DNA of 64,000 bases from Dehalococcoidia bacterium. GTDB lineage: Bacteria > Chloroflexota > Dehalococcoidia > Lucifugimonadales > UBA3495. This document shows, in pieces, positions 49,724 to 59,017 of the stretch (positions are counted from its first letter, which is position 1; each line of letters begins with the position of its first letter). The position numbers and the translations under genes were made by a program. The stretch spans positions 32,001 through 96,000 of the forward strand of contig JASLXV010000069.1 of NCBI GenBank assembly GCA_030740155.1. The letters run 5' to 3'. A model generated the notes under the pieces. It saw nothing but the letters and a program-made list of their open reading frames with translations, made no database searches and had not been told where the DNA came from.

Positions 49724-51076
49724 CTATGAAACCACAAACTCCGGGCCGGCGAGGGACTCCTCCGTCGTGGGGTCCGTCTCCCGGCGGGGAAGCCTGGCCC
49801 TGGGAAGGTTCCAGAACATGGCCGCCGCCATCAGGTACAGAACAATAATGGGAATAATGGCCCAATAGTAGCTGCCGGAAGTATCGTACACCCAACCCGC
49901 GAACACCGGCACACCCATGGACAGGATGCTGTGTACCGTGGTGACCCCACCCCGTAGGGTAGCGAAGCTCTTGCGGCCGAAATAGTCCCCGATCAGTGAC
50001 CAGGAAACTCCGCTGACGCCCTCCGCGAAGGCAAATAGCGCGGCGAAGATGAGGAGTTGCCACAGCGCACCCCCGCTCAAGAGGAGGACCCCCAAGCTGA
50101 CCGCGCCCAACAACATGGTGAGGGCGACGATCTTCTGTTTGGCGTACTTGTCACCCACCCAGCCGAGAGCGATCCGGAGCGGGATGGTGATAAAGGCAAC
50201 GAAAGCTACGACGAAGGCGCCCGTGCCTTCCGATTGGCCTCTCCACACCATGAGGGGCACCAGGTGCACGAAAACCCCGGTGTGGGCCGCGATTCGCAGG
50301 CCCATGGCCAGAGCCAGAAGCCAGTACGTCGGCGTCTTGAGCGCCTCCTTCGCCGTGAAGTCCACTGCCGTTACGTGGCGGGCGAACCGAAGCGAACTCG
50401 TGGGCGAGGGGCTCCTGGCGACGACTGGCGGCGACCGGTCTCCATCGGGCAGCAGTCCCATGGTCTCTGGGGAACGGCGTACTACAAGAGACAGGGGGAT
50501 CACCGCGGCAATTATCACCAGGCCCGAGATGACGGCGCCGGTCCTCCAGCCTTGGGTCAGCACGATGTAGGCTACAGCCGGGGTGATGACGGTACCGCCA
50601 ATGGAGATGCCCATGGTCGCGAAGGACATGGCCAGGCCCTTTCGGCGAATGAACCACTGATTGACCGCCGCCATGATGCCGTGGTTGAAGCCGGCATTCA
50701 TGCCCATGGCAAGGACGCCGATATACACGAGGAGAAATGTTGTGAAGGTGTGGGTTTGGGACAGCAGAATGAACCCCGTGCCGGCCAGAAGACCGCCGAA
50801 GGCTATCATCGTCCGGGGGCCCAAACGATCCACCGCATACCCGGCCAACGGCCCTTCAAGCCCCCCTTCCAGGCGGCCCAACCCATAGGCCAAAGAGGTG
50901 GCCGCCCGGCTCAGGCCCAGGTCACGGGTCACCGGCAGAAAGTAGACCGAGAAGCCCAACCAGTAGGTCCCCCCACCCAAGGCATTAAGGACGCTGCCCG
51001 CCGCAACTATCCACCAGCCGTAGAATATCTTGCGGTCCGCGCTGGCGCCGCTGGTGGCACCCGGCCTATCCGTCAT
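49724..51076 (-). CDS. MFS transporter
   Basis: FYGWWIV, G.AVDRLGPR motif A, WF.RRKGLA, DYFGRK.F; about 12 hydrophobic segments. Confidence 0.93.
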   Translation of the reverse strand: MTDRPGATSGASADRKIFYGWWIVAAGSVLNALGGGTYWLGFSVYFLPVTRDLGLSRAATSLAYGLGRLEGGLEGPLAGYAVDRLGPRTMIAFGGLLAGTGFILLSQTHTFTTFLLVYIGVLAMGMNAGFNHGIMAAVNQWFIRRKGLAMSFATMGISIGGTVITPAVAYIVLTQGWRTGAVISGLVIIAAVIPLSLVVRRSPETMGLLPDGDRSPPVVARSPSPTSSLRFARHVTAVDFTAKEALKTPTYWLLALAMGLRIAAHTGVFVHLVPLMVWRGQSEGTGAFVVAFVAFITIPLRIALGWVGDKYAKQKIVALTMLLGAVSLGVLLLSGGALWQLLIFAALFAFAEGVSGVSWSLIGDYFGRKSFATLRGGVTTVHSILSMGVPVFAGWVYDTSGSYYWAIIPIIVLYLMAAAMFWNLPRARLPRRETDPTTEESLAGPEFVVS

Positions 51077-51373
51077 GCACGTTCATTCCTCTTGGGCGTG
51101 GAACCGGCGGCCATCGCCTTTCCTGAACTGTTTCCAAGCCTCCGGTATCCGGCTCGGTCACCCTTACCGGGCGCCCGCAGCCTGCCCACTCGTAATTCTT
51201 GAGTCAAATCGCTGGGCGTTTTCGACACGGCCGCCACCCTCGGCAGCGTGGGGCGGGCCTCATGCTCTTGGCGCGGCCCTCCTTCACCTTCCGGCGCCAC
51301 CCCGTCTCGAGGAGCCGGGCCCTGCCCAGCTTAGCGCCCGGGCAGAAGACCAGAAAGGTGAAGGCCGGACGTT

Positions 51374-52621
51374 CTATTCGAACCGCATCGCGGTGAGACG
51401 CAGCAGGTTGAGGGTGTAGAGGGCGGAGCGCGTACGGTCGGGCAACCCTGATCCCGCGAAGTTGTACTCGCGATGGGTGGCGCCCCAGCTCGAGCAGACG
51501 GAAACGTAGGTCCGGCCCGAACTCAGGTTCTCGGTGGCAGCCTGGCTGTCCGGTACGCCGTACACCGCTACGCCCAGGTCCGCTCTGGCATGTTCTCTGA
51601 CGGCGGCGGCCAGTTGATCCGCCAGGCTGGCCCCGTCCTGGGCCAGCTCTTCGTAGCGGGCCGCCGCGCCGTTGGCTCCCAGAACGCCCAGCAAGACGGT
51701 TTTTCCCATACCGACGGTCCCCTCCAGGAACAGGGGACCGGCAGCCTCCTGAAGGTACTGGGCCACGATGCCGCCGGTGAGACCCTCGTAGGAGGCCACG
51801 GTCCGCTTCGGGTCCCGGTTCAGCAGCTCTCCCACCACATCTTGCAGCGTCTGATCATCGGACCCGAAAACGTGGTCCTTCAAGAGATCCCGGGCCTCTC
51901 GCTCCAGGGGCGCGATGAGCCCTTCGGCTTCCTCCCGGCTGATCGCCTTGGCCGTGATGCGCACGTCCACCTGACCGGGATGGGCCAGCACCCCTACCGT
52001 AGGGTTTTGAGAGTTGGCGATGAGGTGACCGACCAGGTCGTCCACCGAGCTTTCTCCCAGGTCGGCCACCTTGAGAACCCGGGAATAGATTGCCTCGGAT
52101 AGGCCGAACTTCCGCCGGAGGTAGGGGATGACTTCATTGTCGAAAAGCCACTTCATTTCGAAGGGCACCCCGGGCAAGCAGATTACGACCGCCCTGGGGT
52201 CTTCAACGATGAACGAGGGGGCCGTGCCGTTGGGGTTTTTGACTGGAATTGAGTCCGCCGGAATGTAGGCCTGCCGGTTGTTGTTCTCGGTCATGATGAA
52301 GCCCCGGCGGCGGAACCTCTCCTCGATCTGGGCCATGAGTTCCGGGTCCAGGACCAACTCCCTCCCGGAAGCCCTGGCCACGACTTCCCGGGTCAGGTCG
52401 TCCTGGGTCGGGCCGATACCCCCGCAGGTGATGACCAGGTCGGAGCGCTCCATGGCCCGATCGATGGCCGACAACATCCGGTCCGGGTTATCCCCGACCA
52501 CCGTCTTGTAAAAGAGGTTAACACCCTGATTGGCCAGCCGCTGGGCCATCCAGGCCGAGTTGGTATCTACAATCTGGCCCAGCAAAAGCTCCGAGCCGAT
52601 GGCTACGATCTCCGCGTTCAT
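51374..52621 (-). CDS. cinA: CinA family protein (MoCF-like pyrophosphatase domain plus degenerate PncC domain)
   Basis: IGSELLLGQIVDTN, VGDN, GGIGPTQDDLT, NPNGTAP, LPGVP.EM. Confidence 0.88.
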   Translation of the reverse strand: MNAEIVAIGSELLLGQIVDTNSAWMAQRLANQGVNLFYKTVVGDNPDRMLSAIDRAMERSDLVITCGGIGPTQDDLTREVVARASGRELVLDPELMAQIEERFRRRGFIMTENNNRQAYIPADSIPVKNPNGTAPSFIVEDPRAVVICLPGVPFEMKWLFDNEVIPYLRRKFGLSEAIYSRVLKVADLGESSVDDLVGHLIANSQNPTVGVLAHPGQVDVRITAKAISREEAEGLIAPLEREARDLLKDHVFGSDDQTLQDVVGELLNRDPKRTVASYEGLTGGIVAQYLQEAAGPLFLEGTVGMGKTVLLGVLGANGAAARYEELAQDGASLADQLAAAVREHARADLGVAVYGVPDSQAATENLSSGRTYVSVCSSWGATHREYNFAGSGLPDRTRSALYTLNLLRLTAMRFE

Positions 52622-52805
52622 GTCCGAAAGCTCCTGGGCATACGCTGGTTCTTGCTGACTCCCCAGCTCTCACCCCACCGGCCCCATGACAAAATGAGCT
52701 TTGGGTGCACCCCGGAAGGGCAACGAGGCTTTCCACACGTTTCTGGCTGGTCATCAACGCCGAATACCCCCGGCCACCTTGAGGCCGGGAGTCTCAGACA
52801 TCGTT

Positions 52806-52834
52806 AGGGTAGTCCGGCGCGGCTACGGGGTCAA
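52806..52834 (-). promoter_or_regulatory. Putative sigma70 promoter upstream of the cinA leader
   Basis: Minus strand TTGACC, 17 nt spacer, TACCCT. Confidence 0.55.
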
Positions 52835-52862
52835 GGGGCATTGAGGGGCGGGTCCGGTACCC

Positions 52863-54395
52863 TCATGGGCTGCTGGACGCCGTCAAGTTCAGCGCGCTGA
52901 CCCCGCCTGCCTTCCAGATAGCGGTCTCCGCCGCGTCGAAATCGCCCACCCGGAACGTGAGGGTCTCGCCGGCGAAGGACTCGGCCCCGTACTGAGGTAT
53001 CGTCAGGACGAAACTGCCGTTGCTAACCGTGCCCTCGTCCAGCGGTTCCAGGAATGCCGCAAGCCAAGCGGTGACAACGGTGCCGTCCGAGGCGGGGAGG
53101 CCGTCGATGGTGGCCGTACCCGCGAACGCGTTGGGCAGGACATCGGTCCGGGCCGGAGGCAAGGGCGCCGGCGCCGGTGTCGCGGTTGGCTCCGGAATGG
53201 GGGTAGCCGTCGGCGCCGGTGTCAGCGTGGGTGTCGGCATCGGGGTGGCCGTGGGCATCGGCGTGGCGGTGGGTGCCGGCGTGGCTGTGGGTGCCGGCGT
53301 GGCTGTGGTCGCCGGAGTGGGCTCAAGTGTCGGGACCGGTGTCGGGTCCGGCGTCGGGTCCGGCGTCGGTTCCGGTGTCGGAGCGGGCTCCGGCGTATCG
53401 TCGGGCTCCGGGGTGTCGTCGGGTTCCTGGTCCTCCTCCTCGGGAGACGGGCCTGCCGTGGCGGCCGGTGGCACGGGGGTATCCGGCGGCGGTGATGTTG
53501 GAGCAGGTGTCGGCGGCACAAGGGTAGGCGCCGGTGACGGCGCCGGTAGAGCGGTCGGGGCCGGAACCGGAGTTGGAAGCAGCGTGGGCTGCGGCGCCGC
53601 CGTGGCCACCGGTTGGGGCGCCGGGGTAGCGGTGGGTGGAGAAACCGCGGTGGGCGTCGGAGGGATCACTTGAGGCGTCGGGATCGGAACCTCGCCGGTC
53701 TTGGCCTCCGGAATCTCGGTGAACACGGCCGTCTCGGCCCGGACCATGAGTTTCGGCTCGGTTGGTGCGGTCTCGGCCGTGACCGTGCTCTTCTCCTCGT
53801 CGATCAGGACCTGGGTGCCCAGGTCGTTCTCCAGCTCGCAGACCCCGCGGAAGCACTGCACCTCCGCCTCGCCTTTATCCGGGTCGTATTTGACGCTCAT
53901 CCAGGTGCCGCGAGGGGAAGCCGTGCCGGCCGGGGTTACCACTTGGACCGGCCTCTGCCCTTCCCGGAAACCCTCGTCGATGAGGAAGATCTTGCCCTGG
54001 CTGAGTTCGATGATGATGTCCTGGTCCAACGCGAACCGGCCGAGACGCCAGACGGTGTCGGGAGTCGTTCTGGTGACCCGGATGAACTCGCGGACGGCTA
54101 TGTCTACCCGGGCCTCACTGTCGGGAAAGGTCTTGACGGCGTCACCGGGGAACAGGTTCTGCCCCACCGCCGTTGGCAGAAAGTTGGACGCGCCGGCGCC
54201 GGGATCGCGGAGCAGGTCCGTTTCCACCTGGTTGACGATCTCTTCCACGGAGATGCTGGCCTCTTCCGGCTCCGTCCCGCCACCGCCGGTGGCCAAGACA
54301 AGCACAATCAAGGCGATGACAACGGCGGCGGCGGCGATGCCAGAAGCTATGAACGGTAGACGGCGACGGAGCGGCGCGGGTATCTCGTTAACCAT
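52863..54395 (-). CDS. Membrane-anchored FecR-like domain protein with a long Pro/Thr-rich linker
   Basis: N-terminal TM helix; LFPGDAVKT..DSEARV, VVTPAGTASPRGT and V.CF.G FecR-like motifs; start overlaps the cyclase stop (ATGGTTAA). Confidence 0.8.
   Translation of the reverse strand: MVNEIPAPLRRRLPFIASGIAAAAVVIALIVLVLATGGGGTEPEEASISVEEIVNQVETDLLRDPGAGASNFLPTAVGQNLFPGDAVKTFPDSEARVDIAVREFIRVTRTTPDTVWRLGRFALDQDIIIELSQGKIFLIDEGFREGQRPVQVVTPAGTASPRGTWMSVKYDPDKGEAEVQCFRGVCELENDLGTQVLIDEEKSTVTAETAPTEPKLMVRAETAVFTEIPEAKTGEVPIPTPQVIPPTPTAVSPPTATPAPQPVATAAPQPTLLPTPVPAPTALPAPSPAPTLVPPTPAPTSPPPDTPVPPAATAGPSPEEEDQEPDDTPEPDDTPEPAPTPEPTPDPTPDPTPVPTLEPTPATTATPAPTATPAPTATPMPTATPMPTPTLTPAPTATPIPEPTATPAPAPLPPARTDVLPNAFAGTATIDGLPASDGTVVTAWLAAFLEPLDEGTVSNGSFVLTIPQYGAESFAGETLTFRVGDFDAAETAIWKAGGVSALNLTASSSP
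53161..53660 (-). repeat. Coding low-complexity tandem repeats (PTATPA/PTATPM, PDPT, EPDDTP)
   Basis: 12- and 18-bp period repeats within the FecR-like gene. Confidence 0.85.
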
Positions 54396-56415
54396 GCGGC
54401 CGCCCGGGGTCGCCATTCCCCTCAACCAGGGTGGCGGCCTGAAGATCGACCACTTCGTAAAGATCGACCGGCTGGCGGCGGCCTCTAACCTCCACCGGTC
54501 CCAGGGACCGTACCCGGCACATGTGATTGACCAAGGCCTGGGTGGCGCCGCTGATCAGGACGGATACCCCATACTCCTTGGTCAAGTCCTGCAACCGCGA
54601 CGCCAGGTTCACGGTGTCACCGATTACGGTGTAGTCCATCTTCCTCGGCGAGCCGATGTTGCCCACCACCGCCTGACCAGTATGCATCGCGATCCCGATC
54701 CTCAAGGAGGTTTTCGCCAGTTCCCGCCAGCGGTCCTCCAGCTCACCCAGCCGGTCCCGCATCTCCAGGGCCGCCAGCACCGCCCGTTCCGGATCGTTGT
54801 CGTGGGCCTGGGGTGCCCCGAAGAACGCTAGGATAGCATCCCCTTCAAACTTGTCAACGGTCCCCCCGTGGCGGAAGATGATATCCGTCATCAGGGTCAG
54901 GTATTCGTTGAGCAGGTCGACGACTTCCTCCGGGCTCAGCTGCTCCGAAATGGTGGTGAACCCTCGTATGTCGGAGAACAGTACCGTCAGATCGGCGCGC
55001 CGCCCTCCCAGCCGGGCGGCAGCCGGATTCTTTAGCATCTCTTTCACGGTCCACGGGGACAGGTACCGGGACAGCATCGACCGGGCCTGCTGTTTTTCCA
55101 GTTGCTCGATGCCGACCCGGTCGGTGAGGGCAAAGGCGAACCCCACAAGCAGGGCGGTTAGAGGCGCGGTGATGGGCAGGAAATAATCGGCCCACACAAA
55201 CGGTCCAATCCACGCGCCGAACAGCCCGGCCACCAGCGCCGCCATACCGCCGAACCCAAACAGTGGTCTGACGAAACGGCCCAAGGCAACTGCGCCAAAA
55301 CCCAGTACCACAACGATCAGGACCACCTGATAACGCGCCGGGCCGCCGATGAAGGAGCCACTCAATAGCGTGTCGGCGGCGGCGGCGTGGAACTCGACCC
55401 CCGCCATCCGGTTGGTGCCGGAAAACGGGGTGGGCAGCATGTCCTCGATGCTGGGGTCGGTGACCCCGATGAAAACGATCTTGTCTCTGAGCCGGCCGGA
55501 AAAATCCTCCTCACTCTTGAGCACGTCGCGGGCGACGAATGTCTGGTGGGTACCCGGCGGGCCGGGGAAATTAACCAGGAACTGGCCGCCGGAGACCTTC
55601 ACCAGAAGGTCCGGTGCTATCGGGACGTCGCCGTTGGGCGCCGGCGCCGCGGGCAAGCCGGTCCCTTTGAGCTGGGCGGCGGCCACCAGCGCGAGCCCGT
55701 AGACGAAGTTCCCATCCTTGTCTCGCCCGTAGGGTAAGTACCGCCGGAGCACGCCGTCGGCATCGGGCCTGATCCCGACCAAACCAATGGACCCTCCGGA
55801 CGCGGCCGCCAGCTCCCGGTACGGCTCCGTTACCCCCGCCACCCCTATTCCCGATACGGCTTGGCCCGCCAGGACCACGGCCACCCCGCTGTCGACGGCC
55901 CTCCTGACCGCGCGGGCCAACTCCAAGTCCTGCGCCCTAGCGGAGTCGGCGCCCGCGACGATGCGATCAAAGCCGGGAGTGCCCGGACCGATCACCTGGG
56001 TCCCCTCGCGGGTTTGAATCTGAAGTGGGGTTCCGGAGAGGACCTGGTAGAGAAACGGCTGGATTTCGGCGAACTGCTCCCCGGTTATCACGGTCTCGCT
56101 GTTGCTCTCTTCCGAATAAAGAATATCGACCGCGATGACGGCCGGCCGGTACTGGCTAACCTGGTCTATGAGCCGGGCAACCAGGCTTCGTGGCCACGGC
56201 CACCGGGGGGCGCCCCGCTCGAAATCCTGCTGCGAAATAGCAACGATGGCTACCTCGGGCCGGGGCTCCCTGATGTCCCGCCACTGGAACGCCCGGTCCA
56301 GGAAAAACAGGTCGGGGCGCTCCATGACTTCGAACACCGACAACAGGGAAACGGCGAGGACCAAGGGAACGCTGTATACAAGAAACAACCTCTTCAGTGA
56401 AAAGACGGTTAGCAA
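54388..56415 (-). CDS. CHASE2-domain class III adenylate cyclase
   Basis: RWPWPRS, DADGVLRR and GVEFHA (CHASE2); three TM helices; LFSDIRGF, DKFEGDA, DYTVIGDTVNLASRL (ATP-specifying K and D). Confidence 0.93.
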   Translation of the reverse strand: MLTVFSLKRLFLVYSVPLVLAVSLLSVFEVMERPDLFFLDRAFQWRDIREPRPEVAIVAISQQDFERGAPRWPWPRSLVARLIDQVSQYRPAVIAVDILYSEESNSETVITGEQFAEIQPFLYQVLSGTPLQIQTREGTQVIGPGTPGFDRIVAGADSARAQDLELARAVRRAVDSGVAVVLAGQAVSGIGVAGVTEPYRELAAASGGSIGLVGIRPDADGVLRRYLPYGRDKDGNFVYGLALVAAAQLKGTGLPAAPAPNGDVPIAPDLLVKVSGGQFLVNFPGPPGTHQTFVARDVLKSEEDFSGRLRDKIVFIGVTDPSIEDMLPTPFSGTNRMAGVEFHAAAADTLLSGSFIGGPARYQVVLIVVVLGFGAVALGRFVRPLFGFGGMAALVAGLFGAWIGPFVWADYFLPITAPLTALLVGFAFALTDRVGIEQLEKQQARSMLSRYLSPWTVKEMLKNPAAARLGGRRADLTVLFSDIRGFTTISEQLSPEEVVDLLNEYLTLMTDIIFRHGGTVDKFEGDAILAFFGAPQAHDNDPERAVLAALEMRDRLGELEDRWRELAKTSLRIGIAMHTGQAVVGNIGSPRKMDYTVIGDTVNLASRLQDLTKEYGVSVLISGATQALVNHMCRVRSLGPVEVRGRRQPVDLYEVVDLQAATLVEGNGDPGRPHG

Positions 56416-56787
56416 CTTAGCGTTGACCTCGTTTCATTCCAGAGCATCTACGATATCCCGGATCGTCGAACCTATGCGGTTCCACGACATAAGCATAAAC
56501 TGACCTTGTTCAAAACTTCAAGCCGATTCGGAACGAGTGGGTGACGGCACGCCGGAGTCAGGGTCCAGGACCTTCCGCCCCCCCTGACCCCGCGTTCGGA
56601 TGGCCACCGTCGAAACCCGGCGGCATGGCCCCGAGGGCCGGCTTCCCTTGACCGCCTACGGCGTCTATGCTTAACTCTAGCTACCACGACTGCCGCGATG
56701 GGATCGCGTTCTTGGCGGAATAGCGACCGGGCCTCGACCACCGAAAGTGGCTGAAAAGGGCGCGGTTGAAAGGGAGGTAATTACCAG

Positions 56788-57774
56788 GTGATAGTAGCGG
56801 TGCTTGACGATTACCAGGGAATCGCCGTCCGAATGGCCGATTGGACCAGCCTGCCTAAAGGGACCGAGGTCCAGTTCTTCCTGGACCACCTAGCCGACGA
56901 GGATGGCCTGGCCGAGCGGCTCGCCGAATTCGATGTGGTTGCGGGTATGCGGGAGCGTACGCCGTTCCCACGTTCCTTGCTGAACCGGCTTCCGAATCTA
57001 CGCCTGCTGGTGACCACCGGCCGCCGCAACGCATCCTTCGACACCCAAGCGGCCACCGAGTTGGGCATTGTGGTCTGCGGGACCGGCGGGGCCGGGGAAG
57101 GCCCCACGGAGCTGACCTGGGGCTTGATCATCGGCCTGCTTCGGCACATTCCCCTGGAGGACCGGCTCACCCGCCAGGGCAAGTGGGGCAACACCGTCGG
57201 CATCGGTCTCCGAGGCAAGACCCTGGGCCTGCTGGGACTGGGCCACATCGGCTCACTGGTGGCCCGGGTGGGCAACGCCTTCGGCATGGATGTCATCGCT
57301 TGGAGCCAGAATTTGACCGCCCAACGCGCCGCGGAGTGCGCCGCTACCCTGGTGGACAAGGATACCCTGTTCCGCGATTCGGATGTCGTATCCGTTCACC
57401 TGGTGCTCAGCGACCGCACCCGTGGGCTGGTTGGGGCCCATGAGCTGGGCTTGATGAAGCCCACCGCCTACCTGGTCAACACCTCTAGGGGCCCCATCGT
57501 CGACGAGGCGGCACTGGTCGACCTGCTGCAACGCGGGGCCATCGCCGGGGCGGCGCTGGACACCTTCGACGTGGAGCCTCTGCCGCCGATGCACCCGTTC
57601 TTGGCCCTACCAAATACCGTCCTCGCCCCCCACAACGGCTACGTGACCGAAGAGGCCTACCTGGCCTTCTACGCCGGGATTGTGGAAGACATCACCTCTT
57701 TCGCCGGCGGAAACCCGGTCCGGGTGCTGAATCCCGAGGTCTTGAACTCGCCCCAACTGCGGGGACCCGGCTAG
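56788..57774 (+). CDS. D-2-hydroxyacid dehydrogenase family protein
   Basis: AVLDDYQ, MRERT, GLLGLGHIG, VNTSRG, EPL, PH.GYVT. Confidence 0.93.
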   Translation: MIVAVLDDYQGIAVRMADWTSLPKGTEVQFFLDHLADEDGLAERLAEFDVVAGMRERTPFPRSLLNRLPNLRLLVTTGRRNASFDTQAATELGIVVCGTGGAGEGPTELTWGLIIGLLRHIPLEDRLTRQGKWGNTVGIGLRGKTLGLLGLGHIGSLVARVGNAFGMDVIAWSQNLTAQRAAECAATLVDKDTLFRDSDVVSVHLVLSDRTRGLVGAHELGLMKPTAYLVNTSRGPIVDEAALVDLLQRGAIAGAALDTFDVEPLPPMHPFLALPNTVLAPHNGYVTEEAYLAFYAGIVEDITSFAGGNPVRVLNPEVLNSPQLRGPG

Positions 57775-57889
57775 CCCCAGGGTTGCCCGGAGACCATCGC
57801 TCAGGCACTACCTACCTGCCTCGGAGAAGCGGGCGCCCGGAGGGCTACTTCCCGATGCACGGGACTCAAACAGCTCCAGGAGGAACTAG

Positions 57890-58855
57890 TTGAAAGCGGT
57901 ACGCATTAACGAATTCGGCGACGTAGACGTGCTCCAGTGGGAGGAAGTACCGGACCCCAAGCCCCGGCCCCGGCATGTTCTGATAAAGGTGGACTCCTCC
58001 GGTGTCAACTACGCCGAGGTAATGCGGCGCACTGGTAATTACCCCGGCCCGGGCTTGCCTTCTTCCATGGGACTGGAGGCCGCGGGAACCGTGGTGGAGG
58101 TGGGCAGCGAGGTTACCGACATTTCGGTGGGGCAGAAGGTAATGGCCATGGGACCCGGATGCCAGGCCGAGTACGTTACGGTGAACAGCAGCCTGGTCTT
58201 CCCCTATCCGGAAACCCTGGACCCGGTACACGCGGGAGGAATGCCGGTGGTCTTCCTCACGTCCTACCACCTGCTGAAGACCCGGGGGCAGATGCAGACT
58301 GGGGACACCGTACTGGTGCACGCCGGCGCCTCCGGAGTCGGCACGGTGGCCATTCAACTGGCCAAGGCGTGGGGCGCGAAAGTCATCGCCACGGCCTCCA
58401 CCCAGGACAAGCTGGACCTGGCCCGGTCACTGGGAGCTGACATAACCATCAACTACACCACCGACGACTTCGAGGAGGCGGTGCAGCAGGAGACCGGGGG
58501 CCAGGGTGTCGAGTTGGTCCTGGAGGCCGTCGGCGGCCCGGTGCTGGAGAAAAGCCTGCGTCTGGTGGCTCAATACGGCCGGTTGGTTACCTACGGGGCC
58601 GCTTCAGGAGAAACGGCGTCCCTTTCCGCCGCGGACATATCCGGCAGCAACCGCACCATCATCTCGTTCAGCATGGGGCGGTCTCCCGTCGGCACCCTGG
58701 ACCACAAGTCGGCCATGGCCGGCCTGTTCCAAATGATCGCCACCGGCCAGGCCCGGCTGGTAGTCGACCGGGTTCTGCCCATGGCCAACGTGGCCGAGGC
58801 CCACACGCATCTCTCCAACCGGGGCACCAGGGGCAAGGTGATCTTGACGCCGTAG
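57890..58855 (+). CDS. NADPH:quinone oxidoreductase (MDR family)
   Basis: GVNYAE, GLEAAG.V, VLVHAGASGVG, GKVIL. Confidence 0.92.
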   Translation: MKAVRINEFGDVDVLQWEEVPDPKPRPRHVLIKVDSSGVNYAEVMRRTGNYPGPGLPSSMGLEAAGTVVEVGSEVTDISVGQKVMAMGPGCQAEYVTVNSSLVFPYPETLDPVHAGGMPVVFLTSYHLLKTRGQMQTGDTVLVHAGASGVGTVAIQLAKAWGAKVIATASTQDKLDLARSLGADITINYTTDDFEEAVQQETGGQGVELVLEAVGGPVLEKSLRLVAQYGRLVTYGAASGETASLSAADISGSNRTIISFSMGRSPVGTLDHKSAMAGLFQMIATGQARLVVDRVLPMANVAEAHTHLSNRGTRGKVILTP

Positions 58856-58856
58856 G

Positions 58857-59017
58857 CAGCGGTCAGCGGTCAGCCTTCAGCTAGGTTGCACCGTGAGAGA
58901 GTCACGCACTTGCCACGGGCGCCAGGCATTACCTGAGACCCCTCGCTTCGCTCGGGGTGACATGCAACAGTACCTAGATATTGGATTGGCTGCCGCCCTA
59001 TAGCTGATGGCTGACCG
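58857..59017. repeat. Heptamer arms enclosing a GAGACCCCTCGCTTCGCTCGGGGTGACA palindrome
   Basis: CAGCGGTCAGCGGTCAGCCTTCAGCT ... AGCTGATGGCTGACCGC between two convergent stop codons. Confidence 0.82.
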
